Positions 1 to 8,659 of a DNA stretch of 33,373 bases are shown here, piece after piece. The translations under genes and the position numbers were made by a program. The notes under the pieces were generated by a model. The model did no database searches. It saw only the letters and a program-made list of their open reading frames with translations, and was not told the DNA's origin. Within the stretch, counting starts at the first letter, position 1. Each line of letters begins with the position of its first letter. This DNA comes from Myxococcota bacterium (GTDB lineage: Bacteria; Myxococcota_A; UBA796; GCA-2862545): positions 1-33,373 of the forward strand of contig JBCCQY010000103.1 of assembly GCA_039208735.1 (NCBI GenBank). The letters are read 5' to 3'.

Positions 1-26
1 GATCGACGGGCGGATTCCAAGTGTCC

Positions 27-54
27 AACAGAAGCTCCTTCCTGGGCTTCTGTT
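27..54 (-). terminator. Inverted repeat, possible intrinsic terminator downstream of the 103..975 gene
   Basis: AACAGAAGC (27-35) pairs perfectly with GCTTCTGTT (46-54), about 50 bp after the stop of the minus-strand gene; the U-tract is weak. Confidence 0.4.
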
Positions 55-102
55 AGATCACAACATACTCAGCGAGTCCATCCTTGACCGTTGATCGGGT
101 CT

Positions 103-975
103 CTAGCGGCGAGCCACCAGTTCGAAGCGAGCGATGACCTTGTCATCTTGGACGGTGTGCATGCGTACCGGGGCCCCTGGCATGGCCGGGCAGAACCAAA
201 AGTGTCGGGTCGGTCCAGGTTCAGATTCGGGCGACTGGACCGTATAGCGGCGGCAGTCCAAGGGGCCGAGAGCGGTGTCGATGCGCTCGTCGGTCACCGT
301 GGTGAAGGGGGCGGGAAAGCGTGCGTGGTCGCGGAGTTCCTCCCACGTGTGAGCCTTCTCTTGTTTGGCTCCCTCGCCGCCGTAAGCGATGGTGCAGCCT
401 TGCTCGTCCGCCTTGACGACCTCCCACGTGGTGCGCTGTGGTGCGTCGTCGTCGGGCCCTTGGGACTCATGTTCGAAGAAGGCACCGACCGGCATCGCTT
501 CCCGAATCTGGGCGGCGGTGAACGGTGTGGGCAACATGGCTTCTCCTTTCGTGGCCTGAATCGTATGCGGGGCGACATCGTTGGGCACGGCAAACGAAAG
601 GACGTACTGCGAGACTTTCCACTCCTTGCCCATCCGCACCAAGGCGCCGCTTCCGCGGACCCGGCCGTACCTCGCATGGTCGAGCATTTCGTCGAACCAG
701 GCCACGCGGCCCTTGGGCGCAATGCTCACATGGCGCTCGACGGGCACGTAGGTCCAGGCGGACTCCCCTTCGAACCGTGGCGCCGCCCAAAGCCGGAATT
801 CCTCGATCGTCCACCGCTCAGTGGGGTCGGTGCCGATGAACACGGCATCGTCGGTGAAACGGCCGAAGTAGGCGGCCGCATCCGCTTCACTCGCGGCGCG
901 ATGCAAGTCGTCCAGCACGCGATCGATGTCGGCCTCGGGGGATGCCGCGTGGGCGAGCGTGAGGAAGGGAATCAT
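103..975 (-). CDS. Secreted SnoaL-like/NTF2-family protein fused to an uncharacterised C-terminal domain
   Basis: Short signal peptide MIPFLTLAHA; SnoaL_3-type motifs LDDLHRAASEAD.AAYF, FIGTDPTERW, VAWFDEMLD, RGSG.L....EWKV.QYVLSF; second domain starts near MLPTPFTAAQIREA. Confidence 0.8.
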   Translation of the reverse strand: MIPFLTLAHAASPEADIDRVLDDLHRAASEADAAAYFGRFTDDAVFIGTDPTERWTIEEFRLWAAPRFEGESAWTYVPVERHVSIAPKGRVAWFDEMLDHARYGRVRGSGALVRMGKEWKVSQYVLSFAVPNDVAPHTIQATKGEAMLPTPFTAAQIREAMPVGAFFEHESQGPDDDAPQRTTWEVVKADEQGCTIAYGGEGAKQEKAHTWEELRDHARFPAPFTTVTDERIDTALGPLDCRRYTVQSPESEPGPTRHFWFCPAMPGAPVRMHTVQDDKVIARFELVARR

Positions 976-1353
976 CTTGGATCCTCCGGCGGTCGCAGGA
1001 GACTATCGCGCGGGTCGCCTATGTTGAGCGGGCGAAGCCATCGGGAGGTCGTGGATGCGCGCGGCGGCTCGTACGTTGGCAAGCCGCCCTGACGCCAAGT
1101 TGGTCTCGTAGCTGCTTCGCGTCCGCTTCATCGCCGGAGTACAGAACGAGAACTCCGAATTGTCCGGGTCCGACCTAAGTCACCGCGACCGCATGCACGT
1201 CGGGTTTCTCCGACCCACGCGTCTTCGAAATCGTTCGAACCACGAGCGATTCCGAGAGGTCACGTGAGCGGACCACGTGCGCAAAGCAAGGCCGGCCTCG
1301 TTCACACGTGTGTGTCGCCCGAAAGAGTATGATCTTTGCCGAGAGGGAAGATC

Positions 1354-2250
1354 ATGCGACGAACCACGGCGACTTGGGTGCTCCTCGGACTCGCGGCTAT
1401 CGGCAGTGCACTCGTGACCCCGCCTGAGATCCTCTTGGCACCGATCCTCGAGCCCGTCGTCTCGGCGCCGTCGAGCCCACCCCCGATTCGCGATGTTCGT
1501 CCCATCGCGACTGTGACACCACCGATCTATGCGCCCGAGCTGTCCGCGCCGCCGACGCGCCTCGATGTACCCCCGCTGAATCGGTGGATGGTGCCCATCG
1601 GGGGGCGAAACCTGCTCGTGATCCGACATGCGATGCGACACGGACGCTGTGCGGAGGCGCTGGACCACCTCCAAACCGCCGCGCACGAAGTGTCCGTCGA
1701 CTACATCGCGCTGGCCAGGCCGGTTTGGCGCTGTTTCGATCGCCACGTCGCATCGCACGCCGAGCACCATCGGGCCCGATCGGCCCCCGAGATGGGGCCG
1801 GTCTTTGCGTGGCTCGGGAGCCCTCCGATCGACGAGGACCACGCCGTGCCGTTTTGGTACCGTCCGGCATCGAGCGGCATCGAGATGCGGCTTGAGCGCT
1901 ACACGGCCGATGCGCTGCTGCGTGAGGCCCTCACCGCATCGATGGGTTCGGCCCGGCTTGCCGACGGGTTTGCGCGAGACGTTCAGCTGGAATGGCTCGC
2001 CGCACGCGCATTGGCCCAGCTTTCGGCCGAAGACCGCACCCCGGATCTCGTGGCCCAGTGGGCACGGCGGGTGTTCTACGTGACGTGGGCCCTTGGGCAG
2101 GCGCCCGGTGAACTCCTGGCGACCCATCGCCCCGACGTGTCGCGCGGGCTTCGCGAGGCGTTGTCCGCCATGCTGGAGGCACCCGATGTGCCATCGGTCG
2201 TTCACGAAGCCCACGACGTGGCCCGCGGAGGGAAGCCGGCACCGCGCTGA
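1354..2250 (+). CDS. Hypothetical exported or membrane-anchored protein
   Basis: ATG 1354 after GAGGGAAG; N-terminal hydrophobic segment, Pro-rich linker, helical remainder; no family recognised. Confidence 0.6.
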   Translation: MRRTTATWVLLGLAAIGSALVTPPEILLAPILEPVVSAPSSPPPIRDVRPIATVTPPIYAPELSAPPTRLDVPPLNRWMVPIGGRNLLVIRHAMRHGRCAEALDHLQTAAHEVSVDYIALARPVWRCFDRHVASHAEHHRARSAPEMGPVFAWLGSPPIDEDHAVPFWYRPASSGIEMRLERYTADALLREALTASMGSARLADGFARDVQLEWLAARALAQLSAEDRTPDLVAQWARRVFYVTWALGQAPGELLATHRPDVSRGLREALSAMLEAPDVPSVVHEAHDVARGGKPAPR

Positions 2251-2293
2251 CGGTTTAAGCCTCTCGTCGATGAAGCCGACAGAAGGAGGCGAT

Positions 2294-2974
2294 GTGGGAC
2301 TGTTCTCATTTGTGAAGGAAGCTGGCCGGAGGCTTGGAATCTTCGGCGACCGCGCGGCCGATGAGGTTGAAGAGGCCAAGGCCGCGGCGGCGGCCGCGGA
2401 AGGTGCAGAAGCCGTTGCGGCCGACATCAAGGCGGCGATTCTTTCCTACGTCGAAGCGGCCAAGCTCGGGGTTCACTTCGATCCCGAGTCGTCGACGGTG
2501 ACCCTGAATGGCCAAATGGAAAGCCAGGCCGATGCCGAGCGCGCCGTGCTCATCGCGGGCAATACGGAAGGCGTGGGGAGCGTCGAAGATCAGATCGTGA
2601 TCAAGGCACCGGCGCCGCCCGCCGTGCACCATACGGTGGTGTCGGGTGATTCGTTGTCGGAGCTTTCCAAGTCATATTACGGGGTCATCCACCTCTATGA
2701 CGCGATCTTCGAGGCGAACCAGCCCATGCTGGCAGACCCTGACGAGATCTATCCGGGTCAGGTGCTGCGGATTCCCCCGGTCCGGCCCCCGGTTCACACC
2801 GTCGAGAAGGGTGAGACCCTCGGAACCATCGCGGATCACTGGTACGGCGATGCCAAACGCTACACCACGATCTACGAAGCGAACCAAGACAAGCTCTCGA
2901 GCCCCGACGAGATCGAGATTGGCCAGCAGCTCAAGATTCCGCTGGTCGACCCCAAGGTCGCGCCGCTCGCCTAA
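2294..2974 (+). CDS. kbp: Kbp/YgaU-like BON + LysM protein with a second LysM domain
   Basis: GTG 2294 after AGGAGG; N-terminus (M)GLFSFVKEAG typical of Kbp; BON segment ending AGNTEGVGSVEDQI; two LysM repeats HTV..GD/ETL...YG....Y..I.EANQ..L..PD.I..GQ.L.IP. Confidence 0.88.
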   Translation: MGLFSFVKEAGRRLGIFGDRAADEVEEAKAAAAAAEGAEAVAADIKAAILSYVEAAKLGVHFDPESSTVTLNGQMESQADAERAVLIAGNTEGVGSVEDQIVIKAPAPPAVHHTVVSGDSLSELSKSYYGVIHLYDAIFEANQPMLADPDEIYPGQVLRIPPVRPPVHTVEKGETLGTIADHWYGDAKRYTTIYEANQDKLSSPDEIEIGQQLKIPLVDPKVAPLA

Positions 2975-2984
2975 CGGAGCTGCC

Positions 2985-4502
2985 ATGACCCGTCGCTATG
3001 CGATGGCGCGCCTGTTCCAAGAGACGAATGCGGTGTCACCGTTGCCGACCGAGCATCACGATTTTGCTCGGTTTGAGCATCGGGGAAAGGCGCTGTTGGA
3101 CCGCTGCTTCCGGGGCGTTGAAGAGATGCCCGGAATCTGGTGGGACGCCGAGTTGACGGGGTTCGTTCGTCGCATCCAAGCGACGCCGGATGCCGAGGTT
3201 GTGCCCTTACTCTCGGCGTTCGCCATCCCAGGCGGGAAAGTTCGCCGTGAGGTCTTCGAGCACTACCTTGGCGAACTCGTCGCGGCGGTTCAGCGCGCAG
3301 GACCGCTCGATGGGTTGTACCTGGCGCTTCACGGCGCCATGGGCGTACAGGGGCTCGATGACGCCGAAGGCCGAATGCTCTGCGAGGTCCGAGAAGCGAT
3401 AGGCGACTTGCCCCTGGTCGTTTCATTCGACCTGCACGGGTTTCTGACGCCCGCCCGGCTCGGGGCGGTCGACGGACTCGTGGTCTACCGCACGTTCCCT
3501 CATCGCGATCACGCCGCCACCGGAGAGCGCGCGGCGGCGCTTCTGATGCGTCGGTCCGCGGGAGAAATCCGGCCGGTACACGCCTATCGGTCGCTCCCCA
3601 TGATTCTTGGGGGCTACCCGAATCTCGACTTTTGGCCGCCGATGTCGAGCTTGTTTCGAGCCCTCCGGCGGCTCGAACGGCGCCCCGAGGTCCTTGCTGC
3701 AAACCTGCTCACTTGCCAGCCGTGGCATGACGCGCCCAGCCTCGGATGGGCGGTTCACGTCACCACCGACGGCCACCCCGCACTCGCCGAGGAGTTGGTG
3801 GAGTCTTTGGCAGATCAAGCTTGGTCGGCTCGCCACCGCATTCCTCCACCGGTCGACACCATCGAGGTGGCGTTGGGCAAAGCGAAGCGCAGTCCGCTGT
3901 TGCGTCGCCTCGGAACGCTCTGTCTGTCCGATACGAGCGATGCGGTGGGGGCTGGAGGGATCGGGGAGAACACCGCGGTCGTCGAGGGGCTGTTGACCGA
4001 AGCGCCCCAACTGCACGCGGCCGTGCCCCTCCGCGACGCGGTGACGGTGGAAGCGCTGTACGGCACTGCGCCGGGCACCCGGGTGTCCGTCGACGTCGGG
4101 GGACGACTCGCCCCCGAGTGGTACGCCCCCCTTCACGTCGATGGCGTGATCCGGTCTTGTCATGACACCACGGTGCTTGGCGGGCGAACGGTCGTACTCG
4201 ACGTGGGGCGAGTGGCGATCGTGCTCACCGCGGATACGCCCATCGCGCTCGGGCCACGGTTCTTCCAGGATGTGGGATTGCGCCCCTTTCGGCAGGACCT
4301 GTGCGTGGTGAAGAGCTGGATGGCCTTCATGTTCTACTTCTTCCTTCAGAATCGTCGGTCCCTGTGGGTTCGCACGCGCGGCGTTACCGACCTCGAAGCC
4401 CTCCGGACGTTGTCGTTCGACGTGCCCATGCACCCGATGGACGAGGTGGAGGACTGGCGCCCGGCCGACCAGGTTCGCCGTTCCAAAGCACCGACCGCAT
4501 GA
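2985..4502 (+). CDS. M81 family metallopeptidase (MlrC-like)
   Basis: ATG 2985 after GGAG; motifs QETN, LALHGAM, DAEG, SFDLHG, YRTFPHRD, DTSDAVGAGG, VVKS. Confidence 0.9.
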   Translation: MTRRYAMARLFQETNAVSPLPTEHHDFARFEHRGKALLDRCFRGVEEMPGIWWDAELTGFVRRIQATPDAEVVPLLSAFAIPGGKVRREVFEHYLGELVAAVQRAGPLDGLYLALHGAMGVQGLDDAEGRMLCEVREAIGDLPLVVSFDLHGFLTPARLGAVDGLVVYRTFPHRDHAATGERAAALLMRRSAGEIRPVHAYRSLPMILGGYPNLDFWPPMSSLFRALRRLERRPEVLAANLLTCQPWHDAPSLGWAVHVTTDGHPALAEELVESLADQAWSARHRIPPPVDTIEVALGKAKRSPLLRRLGTLCLSDTSDAVGAGGIGENTAVVEGLLTEAPQLHAAVPLRDAVTVEALYGTAPGTRVSVDVGGRLAPEWYAPLHVDGVIRSCHDTTVLGGRTVVLDVGRVAIVLTADTPIALGPRFFQDVGLRPFRQDLCVVKSWMAFMFYFFLQNRRSLWVRTRGVTDLEALRTLSFDVPMHPMDEVEDWRPADQVRRSKAPTA

Positions 4503-5269
4503 GGCCCTTTCATCGGCCTCGTCCCATTTCGGCAGGCCGGGTCGTTGCGCACCGGGGATTTAGCCAGGCCGCCCCGGAGAATACGTTGGCCGCCTTTGAA
4601 CGGGCGGCGGAACTGGGCGCGGCGATCGAGTTGGATGCGGCGTTGACGGCCACCGGAGAAGTGGTGTGCCTGCATGATGCTCGCCTCGAACGCACGACCA
4701 ACGGAACGGGGTTGGTCGAGGAAACCCCCTTTTCGGAAGTCCAGAACCTCGACGCGGGAGGGTGGTTCGATCCGCGATTCAAAGGGGAGCCCATCCCGAC
4801 GCTGAAGGACGTGCTGGACGCCGTCGCGGGTCGAGTGATGATCGACATTGAACTCAAACCGACCCGCCGGAAGTCGGCGTTGGTGAACGCGGTCATCGAC
4901 GCCGTTCGCCACGCGAGCGTCGAACGGATCTTCGTCAGCTCGTTCGATCCCTTTTTGCTCATGGAGGTTCGACGACGTGAACCAGCGATTCGTCGGGCTC
5001 AACTGGTGGGGAGCTTCGTGGGGGTGCCGCTGGTTTGGCCGCAGCGCGTGCTGTTGCAGAAGCTCGTATTCAACCCTTGGACGCAGCCCGACGCGATCAT
5101 TGGTGGCGACGACTTCGTGACCGCGCGCTGGGTCGAACGGCAAAAGCGACGTGGCTACACCGTGATGGTTTACACGGTCAACGATCCAGAGCGCATGGTG
5201 GAACTGGACTCCTGGGGAGTCGATGCCATCATTACCGACCGGCCCGACATGGCCTTGCAGACGGTCTGA
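4499..5269 (+). CDS. Glycerophosphodiester phosphodiesterase
   Basis: ATGA overlap with the upstream stop; AHRG..PENTLAAF, IELD, HDARLERTTNG, IPTL, IELK, YTVND, GVDAIITDRP. Confidence 0.93.
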   Translation: MRPFHRPRPISAGRVVAHRGFSQAAPENTLAAFERAAELGAAIELDAALTATGEVVCLHDARLERTTNGTGLVEETPFSEVQNLDAGGWFDPRFKGEPIPTLKDVLDAVAGRVMIDIELKPTRRKSALVNAVIDAVRHASVERIFVSSFDPFLLMEVRRREPAIRRAQLVGSFVGVPLVWPQRVLLQKLVFNPWTQPDAIIGGDDFVTARWVERQKRRGYTVMVYTVNDPERMVELDSWGVDAIITDRPDMALQTV

Positions 5270-5315
5270 ACACCCCGCGGTAGCATGCCTCCGTGGCTGA
5301 ACGAAGGGGGGGAGG

Positions 5316-6002
5316 ATGACACTTCGCTGGGTCGGAACACTCGGGCTCTGTCTCGGGTTGCTCGCCGGCTGTGGGACGCTGTCGACGGCGCGCCCGCTCG
5401 AGCAAGGGGAAACCATGGTGGGAGCCACCCTGGGCGGGGGCATGTTCAACTTCGGCGGCCCGTTGCCCTTGCCCAACGTCGTCGTGGAAGGGCGCCACGG
5501 ACTTCGTCCACTGGCGAACCGAGCCTTTGACCTTGGTTACGGGCTCAATCTCAGTGCGCTGCCCTTCGGGCTGACCCAAGGTCATGTGGGCGCGTCCTGG
5601 TTAATCGTGGACCAGGCGGGCGCCCGTCCCGCGTTCTCGGTCAACAATCGCATCTTCTTCGGCATCAACGTGCCGGGGGGCCCCGACCGCCCGACGCCTC
5701 GGGTTCAGGGGTGGGGGGCCGACCAGATCGAAGTCACCGCGTCGTGGAAGACCGAGCGCACCTTGCCCTACGTGTCGCTTTCGCAGTACTTCGATTTCCG
5801 TAACCCTGAATTGCTCCTCACCCCCGCCGTTGGGGTCCAGGTCGACCCTGCCGATCCAGGAGGGTTCGTGTTTCAGGGGGAGTTGCGTTGGTTTGCGATC
5901 ACGCGAACCCAAGACATCCTCATTCCCTCTTGGGTGCCCCGACGCGCGGGAACTCTAGGGGTCTTCGTGTCGGGTGCGGTGCGTTTTGGAGGGAACCGAT
6001 GA
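5316..6002 (+). CDS. Hypothetical lipoprotein, probably beta-strand rich
   Basis: RBS GGGAGG; lipobox LLAG/C; ARPL motif after the Cys; amphipathic strands ending VFVSGAVRF. Confidence 0.7.
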   Translation: MTLRWVGTLGLCLGLLAGCGTLSTARPLEQGETMVGATLGGGMFNFGGPLPLPNVVVEGRHGLRPLANRAFDLGYGLNLSALPFGLTQGHVGASWLIVDQAGARPAFSVNNRIFFGINVPGGPDRPTPRVQGWGADQIEVTASWKTERTLPYVSLSQYFDFRNPELLLTPAVGVQVDPADPGGFVFQGELRWFAITRTQDILIPSWVPRRAGTLGVFVSGAVRFGGNR

Positions 6003-6937
6003 TTGCGCTTTGGTGGTTTGGTTGCTTCAATCTCGACAGTCTGATCTACAATCCCATCCATTGCAGTGACGTCAACGAAGACACCTGTGAAGGCATCGAA
6101 GAGCCGTTCGATCGCGCGTGTCTGTCCTGCGACGAACCCTACGATTGGCAGCGAGACTACGACTGGATTCCCGGCACCCTCGAAGAAGGACAGACCGTTC
6201 GTCCCATCGATCCATCGCTCATCACCCCCGTGCCCATCGCGACAGACGATGGTGAAGCGACCCTCGATGCGTATTTCATTGCAAGCCACGGGGAGGATCC
6301 CCTTCTCGCCGATGTGACGTTGGTGTATAACCACGGCCGCTACCTCGGCATTGAGCACTACCAGCCACGGCTCCGGTTCCTCCACGAGGCTGGATACAAT
6401 GTGTTCGTATGGGATTTCCGAGGCTACGGGAAATCGGTGCCCAATCAGGTGCCCACCACCGACCAACAGATCACGGATGCGGGTACGGTGATTGCGGAGG
6501 CTCGCAAACGGGCTCCGAACTTGGAACGAGTCGCCGTGTATGCCTACTCGCTTGGCACGTTTCCCGCGGTGCACATGCTCGATGAAGACATCTGCACCCT
6601 CCTTCTCGAGAGTTCATTTCCGTCATTGGCCGATGCGGCGGAGTTTGGTACACGGCTTTCGCTCCCCGAACAATTTCTGTCATCCGGTCAACTCGACAAC
6701 CGCGAGCAGCTCGCCACGTATGCGGGGCCCGTGTTCGGAATGATCGGGACCGAAGACGAAGTCGTTCCGGGGCCCGAGGTGCAGCGTGAAATGGTGGAAG
6801 CGGGCGGTGGTCCATCGGAACTGTGGGTGGCGGAAGGCGCGAGCCATGGTTTGGCCGGGGGTGGGATTCCTGAAGACATGGGTTTGACGATGTATTTCGA
6901 CCAGATGAGAAATTTCGTCGAAGAATACTGCCCGTAG
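5999..6937 (+). CDS. Alpha/beta hydrolase, probable lipoprotein
   Basis: ATGA overlap; MIALWWFG/C; LVYNHG, DFRGYGKS, nucleophile elbow AYSLG, acid GTEDEVV, His in GASHG. Confidence 0.88.
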   Translation: MIALWWFGCFNLDSLIYNPIHCSDVNEDTCEGIEEPFDRACLSCDEPYDWQRDYDWIPGTLEEGQTVRPIDPSLITPVPIATDDGEATLDAYFIASHGEDPLLADVTLVYNHGRYLGIEHYQPRLRFLHEAGYNVFVWDFRGYGKSVPNQVPTTDQQITDAGTVIAEARKRAPNLERVAVYAYSLGTFPAVHMLDEDICTLLLESSFPSLADAAEFGTRLSLPEQFLSSGQLDNREQLATYAGPVFGMIGTEDEVVPGPEVQREMVEAGGGPSELWVAEGASHGLAGGGIPEDMGLTMYFDQMRNFVEEYCP

Positions 6938-6989
6938 CGTTCGCACAATTCACCGGGGGCGATATCGAGTTCCCCGGAGGATGTGCACC

Positions 6990-7790
6990 GTGATGGGGCT
7001 AGTCGAGCTCGATGCCGAGCACCCAGGATTTCGTGACCCAATCTACCGCAAGCGCCGCCACGCCATTGCGGCGTTGGCGGAGGCTCACCAAGAGGGTGAG
7101 CCCGCGCCTTATGTCGTGTATACGCCCGACGAGGAGCGGGTTTGGCGCACCGTTTGCGACCATCTTCGCCCGTTGCATGACGCGCATGTGCACCCCGAGT
7201 TGCAGGCCATCCAACGCCGGTTGGGCTTGCTCGAAAGTCCGTTGCCGCAGCTCGAGCAGGTCAACGAGCGCCTCACGACGACGGGCTTTCGCATGGAGCC
7301 GGTTGCGGGGTTGGTCGCTCCGCGGAGGTTTCTCGAAGCGCTTGGGCGGGGGGTGTTTTTGTCGACGCAATATCTGCGGCATGGCTCGCGACCGCTCTAC
7401 ACTCCCGAACCGGATTTGGTCCACGAACTCGTGGGCCATGCGGCGAGTCTCTTGCATCCCGGAATTGCCGAGATCTCTCGACGGTTTGGCCAGGTCGCTG
7501 CGCAAAGCACGGATGGTGAGGTCGAGCGGCTGGTGCGCCTCTATTGGTGGACGCTCGAGTTTGGCCTCGTCCGCCACGAGGGGGCGGTGAAGGCGCTGGG
7601 GGCTGGTCTGTTGTCCTCCGCCGGAGAACTCTTAGGGGTGGTGGCCGAAAAGCCGTCCTTTCAAGCTTGGAGCGTTTCGGGCATGATGGGCATGGACTAC
7701 GACCCGACCCGGCCGAATCCGGTGTTGTTCGTGGCGCCGAGTTTCGACCAGATGATCGACTCCTTGACCGAGGCGCTGACCATCGCTTGA
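6990..7790 (+). CDS. phhA: Phenylalanine 4-monooxygenase (pterin-dependent aromatic amino acid hydroxylase)
   Basis: STQYLRH..PLYTPEPDLVHELVGH (two Fe-binding His), YWWTLEFGL (Fe-binding Glu), GAGLLSSAGEL; start uncertain (ATG 6981, GTG 6990 or ATG 6993). Confidence 0.9.
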   Translation: MMGLVELDAEHPGFRDPIYRKRRHAIAALAEAHQEGEPAPYVVYTPDEERVWRTVCDHLRPLHDAHVHPELQAIQRRLGLLESPLPQLEQVNERLTTTGFRMEPVAGLVAPRRFLEALGRGVFLSTQYLRHGSRPLYTPEPDLVHELVGHAASLLHPGIAEISRRFGQVAAQSTDGEVERLVRLYWWTLEFGLVRHEGAVKALGAGLLSSAGELLGVVAEKPSFQAWSVSGMMGMDYDPTRPNPVLFVAPSFDQMIDSLTEALTIA

Positions 7791-7842
7791 ATCCTGGACG
7801 AGGTCGTCCGACTCTCGTTGAGGAAGCCCGAGGTTCATCGTC

Positions 7843-8415
7843 CTGCGACCCCTTGTCCCCGAGTCCGACGTTCAGCTCGTCGCCCGCATCGCTACCGGCG
7901 ATCGGGCGGCGTTGGGCGCGTTGGTGGAGCGGCATGAGGCCATGGTGCACCGATACGCGCGCTCGCTCACCCGCGATGCGGAAGCGGCCGAAGATGCGAT
8001 GCAACAAGCCTTTCTCGATGTGCTTCGGGGGGCGAGAACGTTTCGGGGCGCGTCGACGGTGCGCGCCTGGTTGCTCACCGTGACCCGCCACGCGGTGTTT
8101 CGGCACGCACGCAGGCGTGCCGGCGAACCTGAACATCACGTGCCGTTTGACGAGCTTGCGTCGCTCGCGGGGTGGGGCGCAGATCCTGAGGAACTGGCGG
8201 GTCGGGCCTCCGATCGGGCCCTTGTGCGGCGGGCCCTCGACACCCTGGCCCCTGCGTTTCGTGAGGTGGTCACCCTGCGTGACCTCGAAGGCTTCTCTGG
8301 CGAGGAAACGGCGCGCATCCTCGGCATCACCCTGGCGGCGACGAAGAGTCGGCTGCACCGAGCCCGTCTCGAACTCTCCGCCGCTTTGCGAAAGGAGCGA
8401 CCCCATGGCGCATGA
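7843..8415 (+). CDS. ECF-type RNA polymerase sigma-70 factor
   Basis: Region 2 AEDAMQQAF...FRGASTVRAWL; region 4 REVVTLRDLEGFSGEETARILGI...KSRLHRAR. The frame is open upstream of TTG 7912 (ESDVQLVARIATGDRAA) back to a TGA at 7819; CTG 7843 is the assumed start. Confidence 0.88.
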   Translation: MRPLVPESDVQLVARIATGDRAALGALVERHEAMVHRYARSLTRDAEAAEDAMQQAFLDVLRGARTFRGASTVRAWLLTVTRHAVFRHARRRAGEPEHHVPFDELASLAGWGADPEELAGRASDRALVRRALDTLAPAFREVVTLRDLEGFSGEETARILGITLAATKSRLHRARLELSAALRKERPHGA

Positions 8416-8659
8416 CCGCGACGTCGCGGGGATTCGCTGCAGCGCGGTGCTCGACCGGCTGCCCGACTACCTCGAGGACGAACTCTCTCCCGCTGACCGC
8501 GACCAGATCGAGGCCCACCTCCGAGGGTGCAGTTGGTGTGAGAGTTTCGGGGGAGCCTACGCCTCACTGGTGGCCACCCTGCGCGAGCAGCTTGCCACGG
8601 CGGAGGCCCCCGATGCCGACACCCAACGACGTCTTCGAGAGCGACTCGGGATCAGCTAA
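8405..8659 (+). CDS. Zinc-finger (zf-HC2/ZAS) anti-sigma factor
   Basis: ATG 8405 after AGGAG, overlapping the sigma stop; C....DRLPDYLEDELS...HLRGCSWC (HxxxCxxC). Confidence 0.9.
   Translation: MAHDRDVAGIRCSAVLDRLPDYLEDELSPADRDQIEAHLRGCSWCESFGGAYASLVATLREQLATAEAPDADTQRRLRERLGIS

Noticed and set aside
1258..1341. Partial resemblance to a c-di-GMP-I riboswitch (GGTCAC, CGCAAAGC, CCGGCCT, TGCCG)
   Set aside because: The GGCAAA-stem-GNRA tetraloop and its receptor are not present in the right arrangement; it would need an Infernal hit
2985..4502. Microcystin degradation (mlr) cluster
   Set aside because: Only an M81/MlrC-like gene is present, without mlrA, mlrB or mlrD; the family is widespread
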